DNA of 64,000 nt. Origin: Spirochaetia bacterium. GTDB lineage: Bacteria; Spirochaetota; Spirochaetia; DSM-2461. Below are positions 1-11,105 of this stretch, piece after piece. Position numbers and translations under genes: made by a program. Each line of letters begins with the position of its first letter. The first letter of the stretch is position 1. The stretch covers positions 480,001-544,000 of the forward strand of contig OY764216.1 of NCBI GenBank assembly GCA_963668315.1. Direction: 5' to 3'. The notes under the pieces are model-generated. The model saw only the letters and a list, made by a program, of their open reading frames with translations. It had not been told where the DNA came from and ran no database searches.

Positions 1-2
1 CA

Positions 3-359
3 GGACACCTGATTCCCGAAGATCTCCGTTTTATGGTGGAATTAAGACGGAATCCTCCCGATTTTCTGGGGGCTCAGTTTCAGGTGGCCATAAATAATGG
101 ACCCAATGGAGCCGTACCCTATATGTACGCCGTTCTACTCTTTCGAAAAGAGGCGGTTCCCCAGGGGCAAAAATCATCCTTCGATCATCTTGCCGGACTG
201 GACCTGGGATCTTTTTTCATAACGGAAACCGGGGAAGATGAGGATTTCCAGACCCTGGTAATCCGGCAGAAAACCACCGGAGGGGGTTATCATACCGAAC
301 CCCAGGACTGCCGGAATCTGTATCGTCATATTCTGAAGGTAATGAATTCACTGGAATAA
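3..359 (+). CDS. Hypothetical protein, 5'-truncated by the window edge
   Basis: Frame is open from base 3 (GHLIPEDLRFMVELRR...) to TAA at 359; no recognisable motif. Confidence 0.7.
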   Translation, partial: GHLIPEDLRFMVELRRNPPDFLGAQFQVAINNGPNGAVPYMYAVLLFRKEAVPQGQKSSFDHLAGLDLGSFFITETGEDEDFQTLVIRQKTTGGGYHTEPQDCRNLYRHILKVMNSLE

Positions 360-384
360 AGCTTACAATAGGGAGTTTTGCCGT

Positions 385-2310
385 TTGGAAAAATCAGAAT
401 TCACAAAAAAGGAACTCTATAGCATATTACCTTTTATCTGCACTCTTGTTTTCGTTGCAGGATTTTTCATGGTCGATTTTCGGCTGAATGACACGACGAT
501 ACGGGCAGATAATCCTGAAGCGAAAAATGGGATTTACACCCTTACCTGTGAGGACCTTCAGAAAAACAGGCTTGTTTCACTTGGCGGGGAATGGGCTTTT
601 TATCCCGAACTTTTTCTATCAAATAAACGGCAGGATCTACATACCGGCGAAAAAAGATATCTGCAAGTGCCCGGAGGCTGGAACAATATACCATCGCCCA
701 TAAATTCTCCCGGCAAGGCAATGAGCACGAACTCCTTGAATCCCGTTTTCTACGGAACATATCATCTGACCCTGATAAACAGAACTGAAAAACGACAATG
801 GCTGCTCTACTTTCCGGCTGCTTTTTCAGAAGCCTTCACTCTGTATATAGATGACGAGAAAATTGCGGAGAGCGGAAAGATTGCGACTTCTGCATCAGAA
901 AGTCAGCCTGAATATCGGGTTATGGTGGCAGATCTGGACCTGGCCCCATCCGGACAAGCAGACATATGGATTCAGACATCCAGCTTCCAATTTGAAAACG
1001 GAGGTCTGAGAAGACCTATTCTGCTGGGAGAACGCGATACGATTCAAAAGCTAGAGCAGTCTAATTCCAGGAAAGATGTCTTCATCATTGGTATATTATG
1101 CGGCTTCATCTTCTATTTCAGCCTGACAATGATAATAAATAGAAAAAATGACAAGCCCCTATTTTATTTAATCTATGCTTCTGTCATAACGGTTTTATAT
1201 ACAGCCACCAGCAATGCTATGCTGATAAATGAGTGGATACCCGATCTTTCATTCCGTATAATGGATATGTGGCAGTACATGCTGGCCATTTCAGGCGGTT
1301 GTCTTTTTATATTGCTTATTCATTTCCTATATGAAGAAGAAAGCCAGAATACCGTTAAACGAATCAGTCTTGTAAAAACAGTCTTCTTCCTTATTTTGAA
1401 CGTAGTTCTGGAACGCCAGGTCATCAGCCGGTTTATTCTGCTCTTCAGCTTAATCACATTGCTGGAATTTTTATATGGGATTTATATTCTATCTAAAGCC
1501 ATAATACATACGAAAGAGGGAATCATTCCGCTGCTGATTGGCACGGCCATCCTTTTAGCCAGTATTCTATATGATCAGCTTCTTGTCTCCCTGGTGATTT
1601 TTTCACCCTTTGGCGTGATGACTCCCATAGGACTGACTGTCTTTATTTTGAGCTTTGCTGTCATTGTTTCGATTGAACATGAGCGTACCTTGATAAAATT
1701 GCAAGAAACAAAAGCAGCCAATCAACGTCTGGAGGAAAACAAAGTAAAGCTGGAGTCACAGAACATAGAACTGCAGCAGCTGCACGATTTGAAAGCGAGA
1801 GAAGCCAGTACCGATTTTTTAACAGGACTATTTAATCGCCGCTACATCGATGAAGCCCTTCAGTCTATGGCGGAAATATCTATGCATGACGATGGAACAA
1901 TGTCGCTAAGCATATTATTAATCGATGTCGATTACTTTAAGCAGATTAACGATCGCTGGGGGCATGATGCGGGAGATGCCGCCCTGCAAAAAATTTCTTC
2001 TCTCCTTAAAAAAAATCTCCGTGGAAATGATATTGCGGGAAGATACGGAGGAGATGAATTCATCGTACTCCTGCCGGCTATCGATTTGAAATCGGCGAAA
2101 CTCATTGCCGATCGATTCGCAAGTCAGGCTGCCTCCAAACATATTTCAGATAACAATAGGGATCTTCAGGTAACGCTCAGCATCGGGTGCATCAGCTGGA
2201 AAGGCTCAGTACAGCAGTATGACTTTGAAAAACTCATCACAGCTGCGGACACAGCGCTTTATAAGGCAAAGGAGGGCGGACGCAATCAATGCTGCGCAGA
2301 ATCGTTATGA
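385..2310 (+). CDS. Membrane-bound diguanylate cyclase (7TM-DISM-type extracellular and TM sensor, coiled coil, GGDEF)
   Basis: TTG start after GGGAG; LGGEWAFY...VPGGWN sugar-binding-like domain; about 7 TM segments; TDFLTGLFNRR, DVDYFKQINDRWGHDAGD, RGND I-site, YGGDEF. Confidence 0.9.
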   Translation: MEKSEFTKKELYSILPFICTLVFVAGFFMVDFRLNDTTIRADNPEAKNGIYTLTCEDLQKNRLVSLGGEWAFYPELFLSNKRQDLHTGEKRYLQVPGGWNNIPSPINSPGKAMSTNSLNPVFYGTYHLTLINRTEKRQWLLYFPAAFSEAFTLYIDDEKIAESGKIATSASESQPEYRVMVADLDLAPSGQADIWIQTSSFQFENGGLRRPILLGERDTIQKLEQSNSRKDVFIIGILCGFIFYFSLTMIINRKNDKPLFYLIYASVITVLYTATSNAMLINEWIPDLSFRIMDMWQYMLAISGGCLFILLIHFLYEEESQNTVKRISLVKTVFFLILNVVLERQVISRFILLFSLITLLEFLYGIYILSKAIIHTKEGIIPLLIGTAILLASILYDQLLVSLVIFSPFGVMTPIGLTVFILSFAVIVSIEHERTLIKLQETKAANQRLEENKVKLESQNIELQQLHDLKAREASTDFLTGLFNRRYIDEALQSMAEISMHDDGTMSLSILLIDVDYFKQINDRWGHDAGDAALQKISSLLKKNLRGNDIAGRYGGDEFIVLLPAIDLKSAKLIADRFASQAASKHISDNNRDLQVTLSIGCISWKGSVQQYDFEKLITAADTALYKAKEGGRNQCCAESL

Positions 2311-2324
2311 GAGGTAACGAAAAT

Positions 2325-2353
2325 GGACCCCGGTGCGAACAACACCGGGGTCC
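2325..2353. terminator. Hairpin between the convergent GGDEF gene and mglC
   Basis: GGACCCCGGTG-cgaacaa-CACCGGGGTCC, a perfect 11-bp stem; the minus strand is followed by ATTTT. Confidence 0.75.
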
Positions 2354-2379
2354 GGAAGGAAGTTTTGTATGAAAAAAAA

Positions 2380-3417
2380 TTAAGACTTTTTCAGATATTT
2401 CTTCGTATCAAGCGATACGGCAGCCACGATAATCACGCCCTTGATGATGTACTGGTAATACATATCCATTCCCACAAAGGTCATACCGTAGTTAATGATG
2501 GTAAATAGCAGAACACCGATGATGGCGCCGGAAACCTTTCCGATACCGCCCGAGAAGGAGATACCCCCCACAACGCAGGCCGCGATGGCGTCAAGCTCGT
2601 AACCGAAACCGGTACCGTTGTTGGCGCTTCCGATACGGGCCGCTTCCAAAAAGCCGCCGATACCGTAAAGGGCGCCGGCCAGGACGTATACCAAAACGGT
2701 CGTTCTGAGTACGTTAACGCCGGAAACCTTGGCGGCTTCGGGGTTACCGCCCACGGCGTACATGTTCTTTCCGAAGGTGGTTTTATTCCACAGAATCCAT
2801 ACGAGCACCGAGATAACCACGGCGTAGATAACCAGATTGGGGATTCCCAGGGTATTTCCGATAACGAAATCGGTGTATCTCTGGTCAAAGCCGCCGATGG
2901 GCTGGGGACCTGGATCGCCCGAAGCAAAGTAGATGGAGAGGATACCGTAAACGGCGATCATCATACCCATGGTAGCCAGGAAGGGGTGGATCTGGAACTT
3001 GGCCACCACAAAACCGTTGATTCCGCTGAAGACGGCGATAACCGCCATGGCTATCAGCAGGGGAACGATAAGGGGCACCGGCGACATGTCGGAATAGAAA
3101 CGGGCGGCATAATCGGTGCGCTGCAGCAGGGAGGCGGAAATGACGGCGGCAAAACCGACGAAACGTCCGAGACTCAGGTCCGTTCCCTGAAGTATGATGA
3201 TACCGCCGACTCCGAAGGCCAGAATCAGTCTTACCGATGACTGGGTCAGGATATTCTTGAAAACAGTCAGCGAAAGGAACGCCGGCTCCTTGATGATAAC
3301 GGCGATGATAATGCCCACCAGAACAATATTGATGGCATTATTGATAAGGAAATCTTTCCACTCGTCGCCAGATTTGGCAAAGAACCCTTTCCGGGCCTTT
3401 AATGTCGTATCGCTCAC
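2380..3417 (-). CDS. mglC: Galactose/methyl-galactoside ABC transporter permease
   Basis: [54 protein letters not shown] start overlaps the mglA stop. Confidence 0.9.
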   Translation of the reverse strand: MSDTTLKARKGFFAKSGDEWKDFLINNAINIVLVGIIIAVIIKEPAFLSLTVFKNILTQSSVRLILAFGVGGIIILQGTDLSLGRFVGFAAVISASLLQRTDYAARFYSDMSPVPLIVPLLIAMAVIAVFSGINGFVVAKFQIHPFLATMGMMIAVYGILSIYFASGDPGPQPIGGFDQRYTDFVIGNTLGIPNLVIYAVVISVLVWILWNKTTFGKNMYAVGGNPEAAKVSGVNVLRTTVLVYVLAGALYGIGGFLEAARIGSANNGTGFGYELDAIAACVVGGISFSGGIGKVSGAIIGVLLFTIINYGMTFVGMDMYYQYIIKGVIIVAAVSLDTKKYLKKS

Positions 3418-4937
3418 GCTCCTACCTCTCTATTTTTCGTTAAATGCATGGATGCCAGATGGAAAATCTCCGTCTGGGTTGTCTCTTCCGTATTCACAAT
3501 ACCCGCCATGTAACCGTTGCTCATGACCATGATGCGGTTCGTCAGGCCCAGAAGCTCGGGCATTTCCGAGGAGACCACGATAACCGATTTGCCCTTATTG
3601 GCCAGATCGATGATCAGCTGGTAAATCTCGTACTTGGCGCCCACGTCTATACCCCGGGTGGGTTCGTCCATCAGAAGGATATCCGGATCGGTCAGCAGCC
3701 AGCGGCCGATGATGACTTTCTGCTGGTTTCCCCCCGAGAGGGAGCGGATAAGTTCCCGGCGGTTGGGTGTTTTAATCCTCATATTCTTGATCTGAACGTC
3801 CGTATCGTCTTTCATCTTCTTGTCTATCAGCCAGCCTACCTTGTTCCGGTAGTGCTCAACATTGGCAATGGTGGAGTTGAAGGTGATGTCGGCCACGGGA
3901 TAGATACCCGTTTCCCGCCTCTCCTCGGTCAGGAGGGCAAAGCGGTTCTTGATCGCCTTGTGGGGGGTGGAGTTGTCAATCTGCCTGCCATCGACAAGGA
4001 TCTCTCCGGTCCGTTTGGTTCGGGCGCCGAAAATTGCCTCGATCATCTCGGTCCGTCCGGCGCCTACCAGTCCGGCCACGCCCAGGATCTCGCCCCGGCG
4101 CAATTCGAAATTGATATCATGTATATAGGGAGCGAAGCGGGTGGAAAGGTTTTTAACCTCCAGGTGGACTTCGCCGGGCACATTGGTCTTGGGGGGAAAG
4201 CGGTGTTCCAGATCCCGTCCGACCATCATATTAACGATAGACTCCATGGTCAGGTTCTCTATCGCCTCGGTACCGATATAGGAACCGTCCCGCAGAACGG
4301 TCACGTCATCGGATATTTCGAATATCTCCTCCATTTTGTGGGAGATGTAGACGATTCCCACACCTTCCGACCTGAGGAGACGGATGATTTCAAAAAGTTT
4401 CTCCACTTCGTTTTCCGTGAGGGACGAAGTCGGCTCGTCAAGAACGATGATCTTCGCATCGTAGGAAACGGCTTTGGCTATTTCGACCATCTGTCTCTGG
4501 GAAACGGAAAGCTTATCCAGGGTAATCCTCGGATCCACCTCCATACCCAGGCGGTCGAACAGGGCCTTCGTATCGTTATACATCTTCTTTTCGTCCACGA
4601 ACAGTCGGCCCGTGGGGTAGCGGCCCAGCCAGATATTATCGGTTACGGTTCTCTGGAGAACCTGATTCAGCTCCTGGTGAACCATGGATACACCGTTCTC
4701 CAGGGCATGCTTGGGATCGGTGAAGTTGAATTCCTTACCTTCAAGGAAGAACTTTCCCTTATCCTGCGTATAGATACCGAAGAGACATTTCATAAGGGTG
4801 GATTTACCGGCGCCGTTCTCTCCCATGAGAGAGTGAACCGATCCTTTCCTGACGTCCAGACAAACGTCTTTAAGAACCTGGACACCGGAGAAAGACTTGC
4901 ATACGCCCTGTATGCTCAGTAAAGTATCATTTTCCAA
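3414..4937 (-). CDS. mglA: Sugar ABC transporter ATP-binding protein (two ABC domains)
   Basis: [41 protein letters not shown] start after AGGAG. Confidence 0.92.
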   Translation of the reverse strand: MENDTLLSIQGVCKSFSGVQVLKDVCLDVRKGSVHSLMGENGAGKSTLMKCLFGIYTQDKGKFFLEGKEFNFTDPKHALENGVSMVHQELNQVLQRTVTDNIWLGRYPTGRLFVDEKKMYNDTKALFDRLGMEVDPRITLDKLSVSQRQMVEIAKAVSYDAKIIVLDEPTSSLTENEVEKLFEIIRLLRSEGVGIVYISHKMEEIFEISDDVTVLRDGSYIGTEAIENLTMESIVNMMVGRDLEHRFPPKTNVPGEVHLEVKNLSTRFAPYIHDINFELRRGEILGVAGLVGAGRTEMIEAIFGARTKRTGEILVDGRQIDNSTPHKAIKNRFALLTEERRETGIYPVADITFNSTIANVEHYRNKVGWLIDKKMKDDTDVQIKNMRIKTPNRRELIRSLSGGNQQKVIIGRWLLTDPDILLMDEPTRGIDVGAKYEIYQLIIDLANKGKSVIVVSSEMPELLGLTNRIMVMSNGYMAGIVNTEETTQTEIFHLASMHLTKNREVGA

Positions 4938-4975
4938 AAGTCTCTACTCCTAAAACATTCTAAAATGACAGTGAA

Positions 4976-5004
4976 GAAACGCCGGGGAATTCCCCCGGCG
5001 TTTC
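4976..5004 (-). terminator. Intra-operon hairpin after mglB
   Basis: GAAACGCCGGGG-aattc-CCCCGGCGTTTC, 12-bp stem. Confidence 0.7.
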
Positions 5005-5020
5005 CCGATTAACTCAGAAC

Positions 5021-6031
5021 TTATCTGAACTCTTTGTAGTTGGCGGGTGTTACGGCAACGTAGGGAACCCGTACAGCTTTGGTGGTGCTGTTGTCGATGG
5101 TCCATTCGGTACCGGCAACGATGTCATTTCCCATGGCGGCGTTGATAGCCAGATCGATGGTAGCCTTGGCCTGGTTCTTACCGTCGTTAAGAACGGTACC
5201 GTCCAGTTCGCCGTCCTGGATGTGGGTCAGAGCCTGATCCAGAGCGTCTACGCTGTAGATGGGGAGTCTTTTGCCGGCGGCCTTCATAGCGGTAATGGCA
5301 CCGAAGCCCATACCGTCGTTGTTACAGATAACCAGCTCGATGTCGTTGGCAAATCCAGAAGTCAGCCAGGCGGCCATCTTGTCGTTTCCGAACTGGGTGG
5401 ACCAGTTGGGGTCTGCTTCGAGGGCCAGCTGTTCTACGCCGATTCCGGCGTCAACGAACTCCTTAACGGAGTATTTGGTTCTTGCTTCGGCATCGGGATG
5501 TCCCGGTTCGCCCTTAAGCATAACGTACTGTACTTTTCCGTCGCCGTTCTTGTCCCATTCGGGATGGGCTTTCCAGTCGGCAACCATCATTTCGCCCTGG
5601 ATCATACCGGATTCGGCGGAGTTTGTTCCCACGTACCAGACTTTGTCATAGGTGGTCATGATGCCCTCTTCGGTGGCTTCCTTGTTGAAGAGGATGAGGG
5701 GGATATCGGCTTTCTTGGCTTTTTCGATAATAGCGGAAGCGGCGGCGGGGTCTACCAGGTTGATAGCCAGGGCGTCTACTTTCTTGGTGATGAAAATATC
5801 TACCTGGTCGTTCAGTTTGGCCTGCTGACCTTCGGAGTCTACGATGTCAATTTCAACGCCCTTTTCTACGGCATAGCTTTCCAGTACGGGCTTGATAGCT
5901 CCGTTCATGAAGTTGTCCTGGAAGTTGTAGATGTTACAACCGATGGTAATGGTTCCGTCATCCTGGCCGTTGGCGAAAACGAACGTGGCTGCAGAGAGCA
6001 GTACGAGGCATAAAAGCAATGCTTTTTTCAT
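5021..6031 (-). CDS. mglB: Galactose/glucose-binding periplasmic protein
   Basis: Signal peptide ending FANG; ALAINLVD, LKGEPGHPDAEART, ICNNDGM, GTVLND; Ca-binding loop DKNGDG. Confidence 0.9.
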   Translation of the reverse strand: MKKALLLCLVLLSAATFVFANGQDDGTITIGCNIYNFQDNFMNGAIKPVLESYAVEKGVEIDIVDSEGQQAKLNDQVDIFITKKVDALAINLVDPAAASAIIEKAKKADIPLILFNKEATEEGIMTTYDKVWYVGTNSAESGMIQGEMMVADWKAHPEWDKNGDGKVQYVMLKGEPGHPDAEARTKYSVKEFVDAGIGVEQLALEADPNWSTQFGNDKMAAWLTSGFANDIELVICNNDGMGFGAITAMKAAGKRLPIYSVDALDQALTHIQDGELDGTVLNDGKNQAKATIDLAINAAMGNDIVAGTEWTIDNSTTKAVRVPYVAVTPANYKEFR

Positions 6032-6190
6032 TAAACAATCTCCTTATTCTTCCCCTATTCAGGAAAGATCAATTGGTGTGAGAGATGCAAAATCTCTCTT
6101 AATTACGCTAATCAGCGTACCACCGATCGGAGAGTAAACAATGTGATTTTTTCCATCTTTTTTGTAAAATACGGGAAAAACAGAGGGTTT

Positions 6191-6790
6191 TCAGCTTATT
6201 TTTGCTAAATATTTGAGCATGGAACCTTTGTTTTCTTCGACGTAATCCCGCAGTTCCTCGAAGTCTTCCTTCGTCTCTGTGGCGGCTCCCGAGAGTATGA
6301 GAACACGGTTGATCCAGCGGAACCAGAGGTAATGCCGTCCGATCTGAGATCGGGAATCCAGAATGCGCCGGGCATGGAGCTGGGCATCCAGCTGTGTATC
6401 AAGATCGATATGATTGGCCGTCCCCGTGACATAATAAACCGAGCCATCGTCCATGATGGAGATGACGCACCTCTGGAACCCCTCGGCCATGGCGTCGTCG
6501 TTACGGAACCCCTCCAGCTTCAGATCAATGGAACCGAGCCGCAGGTTATACCCCTGCTGGCGGAGCACTTTTCTGAGAGCCACCAGCTGCTCCCTCACCT
6601 CCCGGTGGGCATCCACATCGTTCCTGTTCCTCTCAAGCTCATGCCTCAGCCGGCGGAGCATAGGCTCGTACTGATTAAAGATCTTCGTATGGTTGGAGAG
6701 GAAAATCGTGGTGTCCGACATAAGGGTCCATACGGAGACGAAAGATTCCTGGATGTTGGTTATGGCAGACCTTATGCCTCTGTTCATCAT
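6191..6790 (-). CDS. Conserved hypothetical protein (N-terminal coiled coil)
   Basis: 199-aa ORF with host-like codon usage and a clear promoter directly upstream. Confidence 0.75.
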   Translation of the reverse strand: MMNRGIRSAITNIQESFVSVWTLMSDTTIFLSNHTKIFNQYEPMLRRLRHELERNRNDVDAHREVREQLVALRKVLRQQGYNLRLGSIDLKLEGFRNDDAMAEGFQRCVISIMDDGSVYYVTGTANHIDLDTQLDAQLHARRILDSRSQIGRHYLWFRWINRVLILSGAATETKEDFEELRDYVEENKGSMLKYLAKIS

Positions 6791-6796
6791 GATTCC

Positions 6797-6824
6797 ATTC
6801 TATTATCTTTTATATTAAAATCAA
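6797..6824 (-). promoter_or_regulatory. Sigma70-type promoter, probably leaderless
   Basis: TTGATT-N16-TAGAAT, 6 nt before ATG 6790. Confidence 0.55.
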
Positions 6825-6900
6825 GGTTTTCGGGAATTTAAATGCTTTTCGCCTTTATATTCTCTCCGAGAAATGGGAAAATAGCCCGGGAAGTTTATTA

Positions 6901-7629
6901 ATGAAAGCACTGGTAATTTCAGATATACACGGAAACCTGGAAGCGCTGAATGCGGTTTTACGGGAAGCTGCCGAACATAGGTGGGAGGAAATCTGGTTTT
7001 TAGGCGATCTCTGCGGCTACGGCCCGGACACGAAAGCCTGTTTCCTGGCGCTCAAGGAACACAGACTGATTTTCCTGACGGGCAACCATGACCTTTATAT
7101 AACGGGCGACATGGATAAGGAGTTTTTTTCCGACATGGCCCGCATATCCCTCATATTGACCCGGTCGGACATAACCCCCGAGCTCATGGGTTTTCTCTCC
7201 CATCACTCGGCCCGGCAGTTGTACAGGGGAATGGAACTCGTCCACGGCAGCCCGATCGATCCGGAAGCCGCCTATATCCTGAACGAAAGCGACGCGGCCG
7301 CAGGAATAGTCCGGGCCAGAAAAAAAACCGTCCTGTTCGGCCACACCCATGTCCAGGAGTACTACCTGAGGGACGGGAGTAAAAAAATCATACGCAAGTC
7401 TCCCGGGACCGGGCCGGTCAGTCTGAAGGGCTGCCATATCCTGATAAACCCGGGAAGCGTCGGCCAGCCCCGTGACGGGGACAACCGGGCGGCCTGGGGA
7501 CTCATGGATACGAAGAGCAGGGAGTTCACCTTTTTCCGCACCGCCTACGATTACGGAATAACACAGCAGAAAATGGCCGATCGGGGGTTCCCCTCCTATC
7601 TTGTAGAAAGGCTGGCCGAAGGTCGATAA
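6901..7629 (+). CDS. Metallophosphoesterase (calcineurin-like)
   Basis: SDIHGN, LGDLCGYG, GNHD, VHGSP, FGHTH, NPGSVGQPRD. Confidence 0.9.
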   Translation: MKALVISDIHGNLEALNAVLREAAEHRWEEIWFLGDLCGYGPDTKACFLALKEHRLIFLTGNHDLYITGDMDKEFFSDMARISLILTRSDITPELMGFLSHHSARQLYRGMELVHGSPIDPEAAYILNESDAAAGIVRARKKTVLFGHTHVQEYYLRDGSKKIIRKSPGTGPVSLKGCHILINPGSVGQPRDGDNRAAWGLMDTKSREFTFFRTAYDYGITQQKMADRGFPSYLVERLAEGR

Positions 7630-7656
7630 TTAATAAGTAAATCAGGAGGATTTATT

Positions 7657-8361
7657 ATGAGCATACATATCGGAGCGCCCGAAGGGGCCATTGCCGACAC
7701 GGTTTTAATGCCCGGGGATCCGTTAAGGGCCCGTTTCGTGGCGGAGAATTACCTGGAAAACGCCCGGTGCTACAGCGAAGTGCGGGGCATGTACGGCTTT
7801 ACGGGCACGTACAAGGGCAAGAAGATTTCCATCCAGGGCAGCGGCATGGGACAGCCGTCCCTCTCCATTTACGTGAACGAACTGATACGGGACTACGGCG
7901 CCAAGCGGATCATGCGCATCGGTTCCTGCGGTTCGATGAATGAGAAGGTGAAGATCCGGGATATCATCCTGGCCATGAGCGCCAGCACGGACAGCAGCAT
8001 GAACGACATTACCTTCCGGAACATGCACTTCGCTCCCACGGCCAGCTTCGACCTGTTCAACAAAGCCGTCAAAGCGGCGGAAAAGATGAACCTTCCCTTC
8101 CACGGGGGCAATATCTTCTCCTCGGACATTTTCTACAACGACGATCCGGAAGAGTGGAAAATCTGGTCCGCCCACAACGTACTGGCCGTGGAGATGGAAA
8201 CAGCCGCCCTCTATACGCTGGCCGCCAAACACGGGGTGGACGCCCTGACGATCCTCACCGTAAGCGACTCCCTGGTTTCGGGGGAAGCCACCAGCAGCGA
8301 AGAGCGGGAAAAGACCTTTACCCAGATGATGGAACTGGCCCTGGAGACGGCGATCAGCTAG
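7657..8361 (+). CDS. deoD: Purine-nucleoside phosphorylase
   Basis: [52 protein letters not shown]. Confidence 0.95.
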   Translation: MSIHIGAPEGAIADTVLMPGDPLRARFVAENYLENARCYSEVRGMYGFTGTYKGKKISIQGSGMGQPSLSIYVNELIRDYGAKRIMRIGSCGSMNEKVKIRDIILAMSASTDSSMNDITFRNMHFAPTASFDLFNKAVKAAEKMNLPFHGGNIFSSDIFYNDDPEEWKIWSAHNVLAVEMETAALYTLAAKHGVDALTILTVSDSLVSGEATSSEEREKTFTQMMELALETAIS

Positions 8362-8364
8362 GCC

Positions 8365-9393
8365 CTACTCCGACATATAGGGTGAGTAGCTGTTCCAGAT
8401 ATAGGCGCCGTCCTGCAGGAGGTAGGAACTATCCTCGGCGGGACGGCCGGTCAGGACAGTGGCTGCCAGATCGACGATCGCCCGGGCCTGGGCGGCCTCG
8501 TCATTGATGACCGTGCCGTAAAGCGTCCCCTCTTCTATGGCGCGGAGGGCTTCGGGCAGTCCGTCTATCCCGATAACGGGGATCCAGTCGGCGTCCTGCC
8601 GGTCGATGCGTCCGTTTCCGTCGGTATCCCTGAAATACGCCCTGTCCTCCATCAGCTCAATGGCCCCCAGGGCCATTTCGTCGTTATTCGCAAAGATCAC
8701 TTCCAGCTCGTCCCCATAGAGATTGATCACCTCATCCATCTTCTCGTATGCCTCGCTCCGGCTCCAGTTGGCAATAACCGATGTGAGCATGACAAAGGAG
8801 AAGCCCTTCTCGGCCAGGGTATCGCGAACCTCCCGGGTACGGATTTCCGAATCCTGATGGCTCTGCTCCCCCCGGATGATCACCCCCTGTATCATGCCGT
8901 CCCCGTTCCGGTCGAACCGGTTCAGCTCGTTCGGATTCCCGCCGAAGAGTTTCATGGCCAGCTCCGCCTGCAGCTGTCCGGCCTGCTCCGCCGTGGCGCC
9001 TACATAGTAACAGCGGTCCCACAGGTCCATGTCCTTTTTCAAAGGCTGGCGGTTGAAATAGATAAGGGGAATATCCTTCGCCCGGAAAGTACGGATAACC
9101 GTATAGGCTCCCAGGCGGTCCACCGGATTGATAATCGCCAGATCCACCGGATCGTTCAGCATCGTCTCAATCTGCTCATTCTGCACCATCTGGGAGTTCT
9201 GAGCATCGTAGACACTCAATTCACAGCCGATTTCGCTGAACTGCAGGGCCAGTTCCTTGTATAGGGACGAAATAAAGGGATCCTCCCCGTTATACAGAAA
9301 AACGGCAACCCTTTTCGCTCCCGAGGAACAGCCGGAGAGACCGGAAAGCAGCAGAAAACCTCCTGTCAGGAAAAGAAGCAATACTCTTTTCAT
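8365..9393 (-). CDS. MglB-like sugar-binding lipoprotein (sensor partner of the adjacent two-component system)
   Basis: Lipobox LSGC; AIINPVD, FANNDEMALGA, GTVIND; overlaps the kinase stop. Confidence 0.85.
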   Translation of the reverse strand: MKRVLLLFLTGGFLLLSGLSGCSSGAKRVAVFLYNGEDPFISSLYKELALQFSEIGCELSVYDAQNSQMVQNEQIETMLNDPVDLAIINPVDRLGAYTVIRTFRAKDIPLIYFNRQPLKKDMDLWDRCYYVGATAEQAGQLQAELAMKLFGGNPNELNRFDRNGDGMIQGVIIRGEQSHQDSEIRTREVRDTLAEKGFSFVMLTSVIANWSRSEAYEKMDEVINLYGDELEVIFANNDEMALGAIELMEDRAYFRDTDGNGRIDRQDADWIPVIGIDGLPEALRAIEEGTLYGTVINDEAAQARAIVDLAATVLTGRPAEDSSYLLQDGAYIWNSYSPYMSE

Positions 9394-11105
9394 ACGGCCT
9401 CCAGGGGCAGCAGCAGGGAGACACGGGTCATCTCGTCCAGTTCACTCTCCATGAGCAGATCGGCCTTTTCGCCGTAATAGATTTTCAGCCTCTGATACAC
9501 GTTGCTGAGGCCGACGCCCTCCTGCCGGTCGGGATCTTTTATCGTTTTCATGATCTCCTCTATCCGCTCTTCCGTGATGCCGTATCCGGTGTTCTCCACC
9601 TCGAAGACCAGATAATTTTCCCTGATAAAGCTGCGTATGGTTATGACTCCCCTTTCGTCGTCCGCTTCCCCGCCGCCGTGATAGATCGCGTTTTCCACCA
9701 GGGGCTGGAGAATCAGCTTCATGACCTGGTACCCATAGACCTGCGGATCGATATCCAGAAGGTACTCGAATTTCTCCACATAGCGGATTTTCTGAATGGT
9801 CAGATAGTTCTCGATATGGGCGATCTCATCCTTCACGGGAATGAACTGCTTACCCCGGGAGATGCTGATTCTGAAAAAACGCGCCAGGGCGACGACCGTG
9901 TTCACCACATCTCTGTTGCGGTTGTTTTCCGCCAGCCAGACGATGGAATCCAGCGTATTGTAGAGAAAATGGGGATTAATTTGATTCTGGAGGGCGGCCA
10001 GCTCGTTCTTTCTTTTGTCCCGCTGTTCCTTGACCACCGCATCCATGAGGGTGCGAATCCTCTCAAGCATCTCGTTGAAGGCTCTTCCCAGATGGATGAT
10101 CTCCTTCTGCCCCGAAACCTCCAGGGGCGTGAAAAAATCCCCCTCTTCAATGCGCGACATGGCCTGCTCCAGCTGATAAAGGGGGCCGGAGATACGGCGG
10201 GAGACAAAGGCCCCTACCAGGAGAGTGACAATCAGACTCACAGCCAGAATGACAAAGATCAGCTGGATATTGCGGGTCCGGGCCAGGGCCAGCTCATTGA
10301 TATTGCTCATGGTTATGATCCGCCACCGGGTCTGGATGAGCGTATTGGAATTCAGGTACATTTCCCGGGATCCCAGTACGATCCGGGCTCCCCCGAAGTA
10401 GTGGTTCCTTGCCAGCTCGAAACTCTGCCGGTAGGCGGAGGAGTTCACGGGGAGTGTTGAATAGACCAGGGAATCATCATCGCCCAGCATGAGGATATGC
10501 CCGCCTTCACCCAGATTGGTCTGGCTGGCCAGGGCTTCGATAGCCTGAAAGTTCAGATTTATGAGAAAAATGCCCCGCTTCTCATGACCGCGCTCCAGAT
10601 AGGTCACCATTTTCGCGATGGATATCACCTGGCCTTCGTTGGACCAGCCCTCGCCCATCTCGTGGGGCGGGGAAAAATGATAAATGGAGTCGTCATCCAG
10701 CGCCTCGGCCGCCCAGACACCGTCCTGAACGGGATCGCGGTGTCCCACGGAAATCAGTTCGTTAACGGAGAGATCGAACAGCGTGATGGAAGCGATGTCC
10801 CTGTTGCTGTCCACGCTCAGGGAGAACGTCTTTTCCAGGTCATCCCCGGAGGGGGAGATATCCCTCTCCATCAGGGCCAGCTGCAGATAGTTCGCCGTTT
10901 CGATGACCCGGTTTATATAGCTTTCGTAATTCAGAATGATCTGCTTGTTTATCTCCCTGGCCTGACTCTCGATGACCGAACGGGTGGCCCGGGAGAAGGA
11001 AGTGAAATAGAAAAGGCTGGAGAAAAAGAGGGAGATAGCCACCATGGCCACGGTAACGGCCAGGATGCTCTGGCGGATGGTCAGATTATGAAAGAGCTTC
11101 TTCAC
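9390..11105 (-). CDS. YesM-like sensor histidine kinase (Cache, HAMP, His_kinase)
   Basis: Two TM segments, HAMP, LQNQINPHFLYNTL, LQPLVENAIYHG, GVGLSNV. Confidence 0.92.
   Translation of the reverse strand: MKKLFHNLTIRQSILAVTVAMVAISLFFSSLFYFTSFSRATRSVIESQAREINKQIILNYESYINRVIETANYLQLALMERDISPSGDDLEKTFSLSVDSNRDIASITLFDLSVNELISVGHRDPVQDGVWAAEALDDDSIYHFSPPHEMGEGWSNEGQVISIAKMVTYLERGHEKRGIFLINLNFQAIEALASQTNLGEGGHILMLGDDDSLVYSTLPVNSSAYRQSFELARNHYFGGARIVLGSREMYLNSNTLIQTRWRIITMSNINELALARTRNIQLIFVILAVSLIVTLLVGAFVSRRISGPLYQLEQAMSRIEEGDFFTPLEVSGQKEIIHLGRAFNEMLERIRTLMDAVVKEQRDKRKNELAALQNQINPHFLYNTLDSIVWLAENNRNRDVVNTVVALARFFRISISRGKQFIPVKDEIAHIENYLTIQKIRYVEKFEYLLDIDPQVYGYQVMKLILQPLVENAIYHGGGEADDERGVITIRSFIRENYLVFEVENTGYGITEERIEEIMKTIKDPDRQEGVGLSNVYQRLKIYYGEKADLLMESELDEMTRVSLLLPLEAV

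Noticed and set aside
3444..4922. Long antisense ORFs (also 11146-12402, 15652-17055, 30177-31403, 32735-33847, 60544-61728 and others)
   Set aside because: They mirror well-supported genes on the other strand, have no motifs, and are expected from GC-biased codon usage
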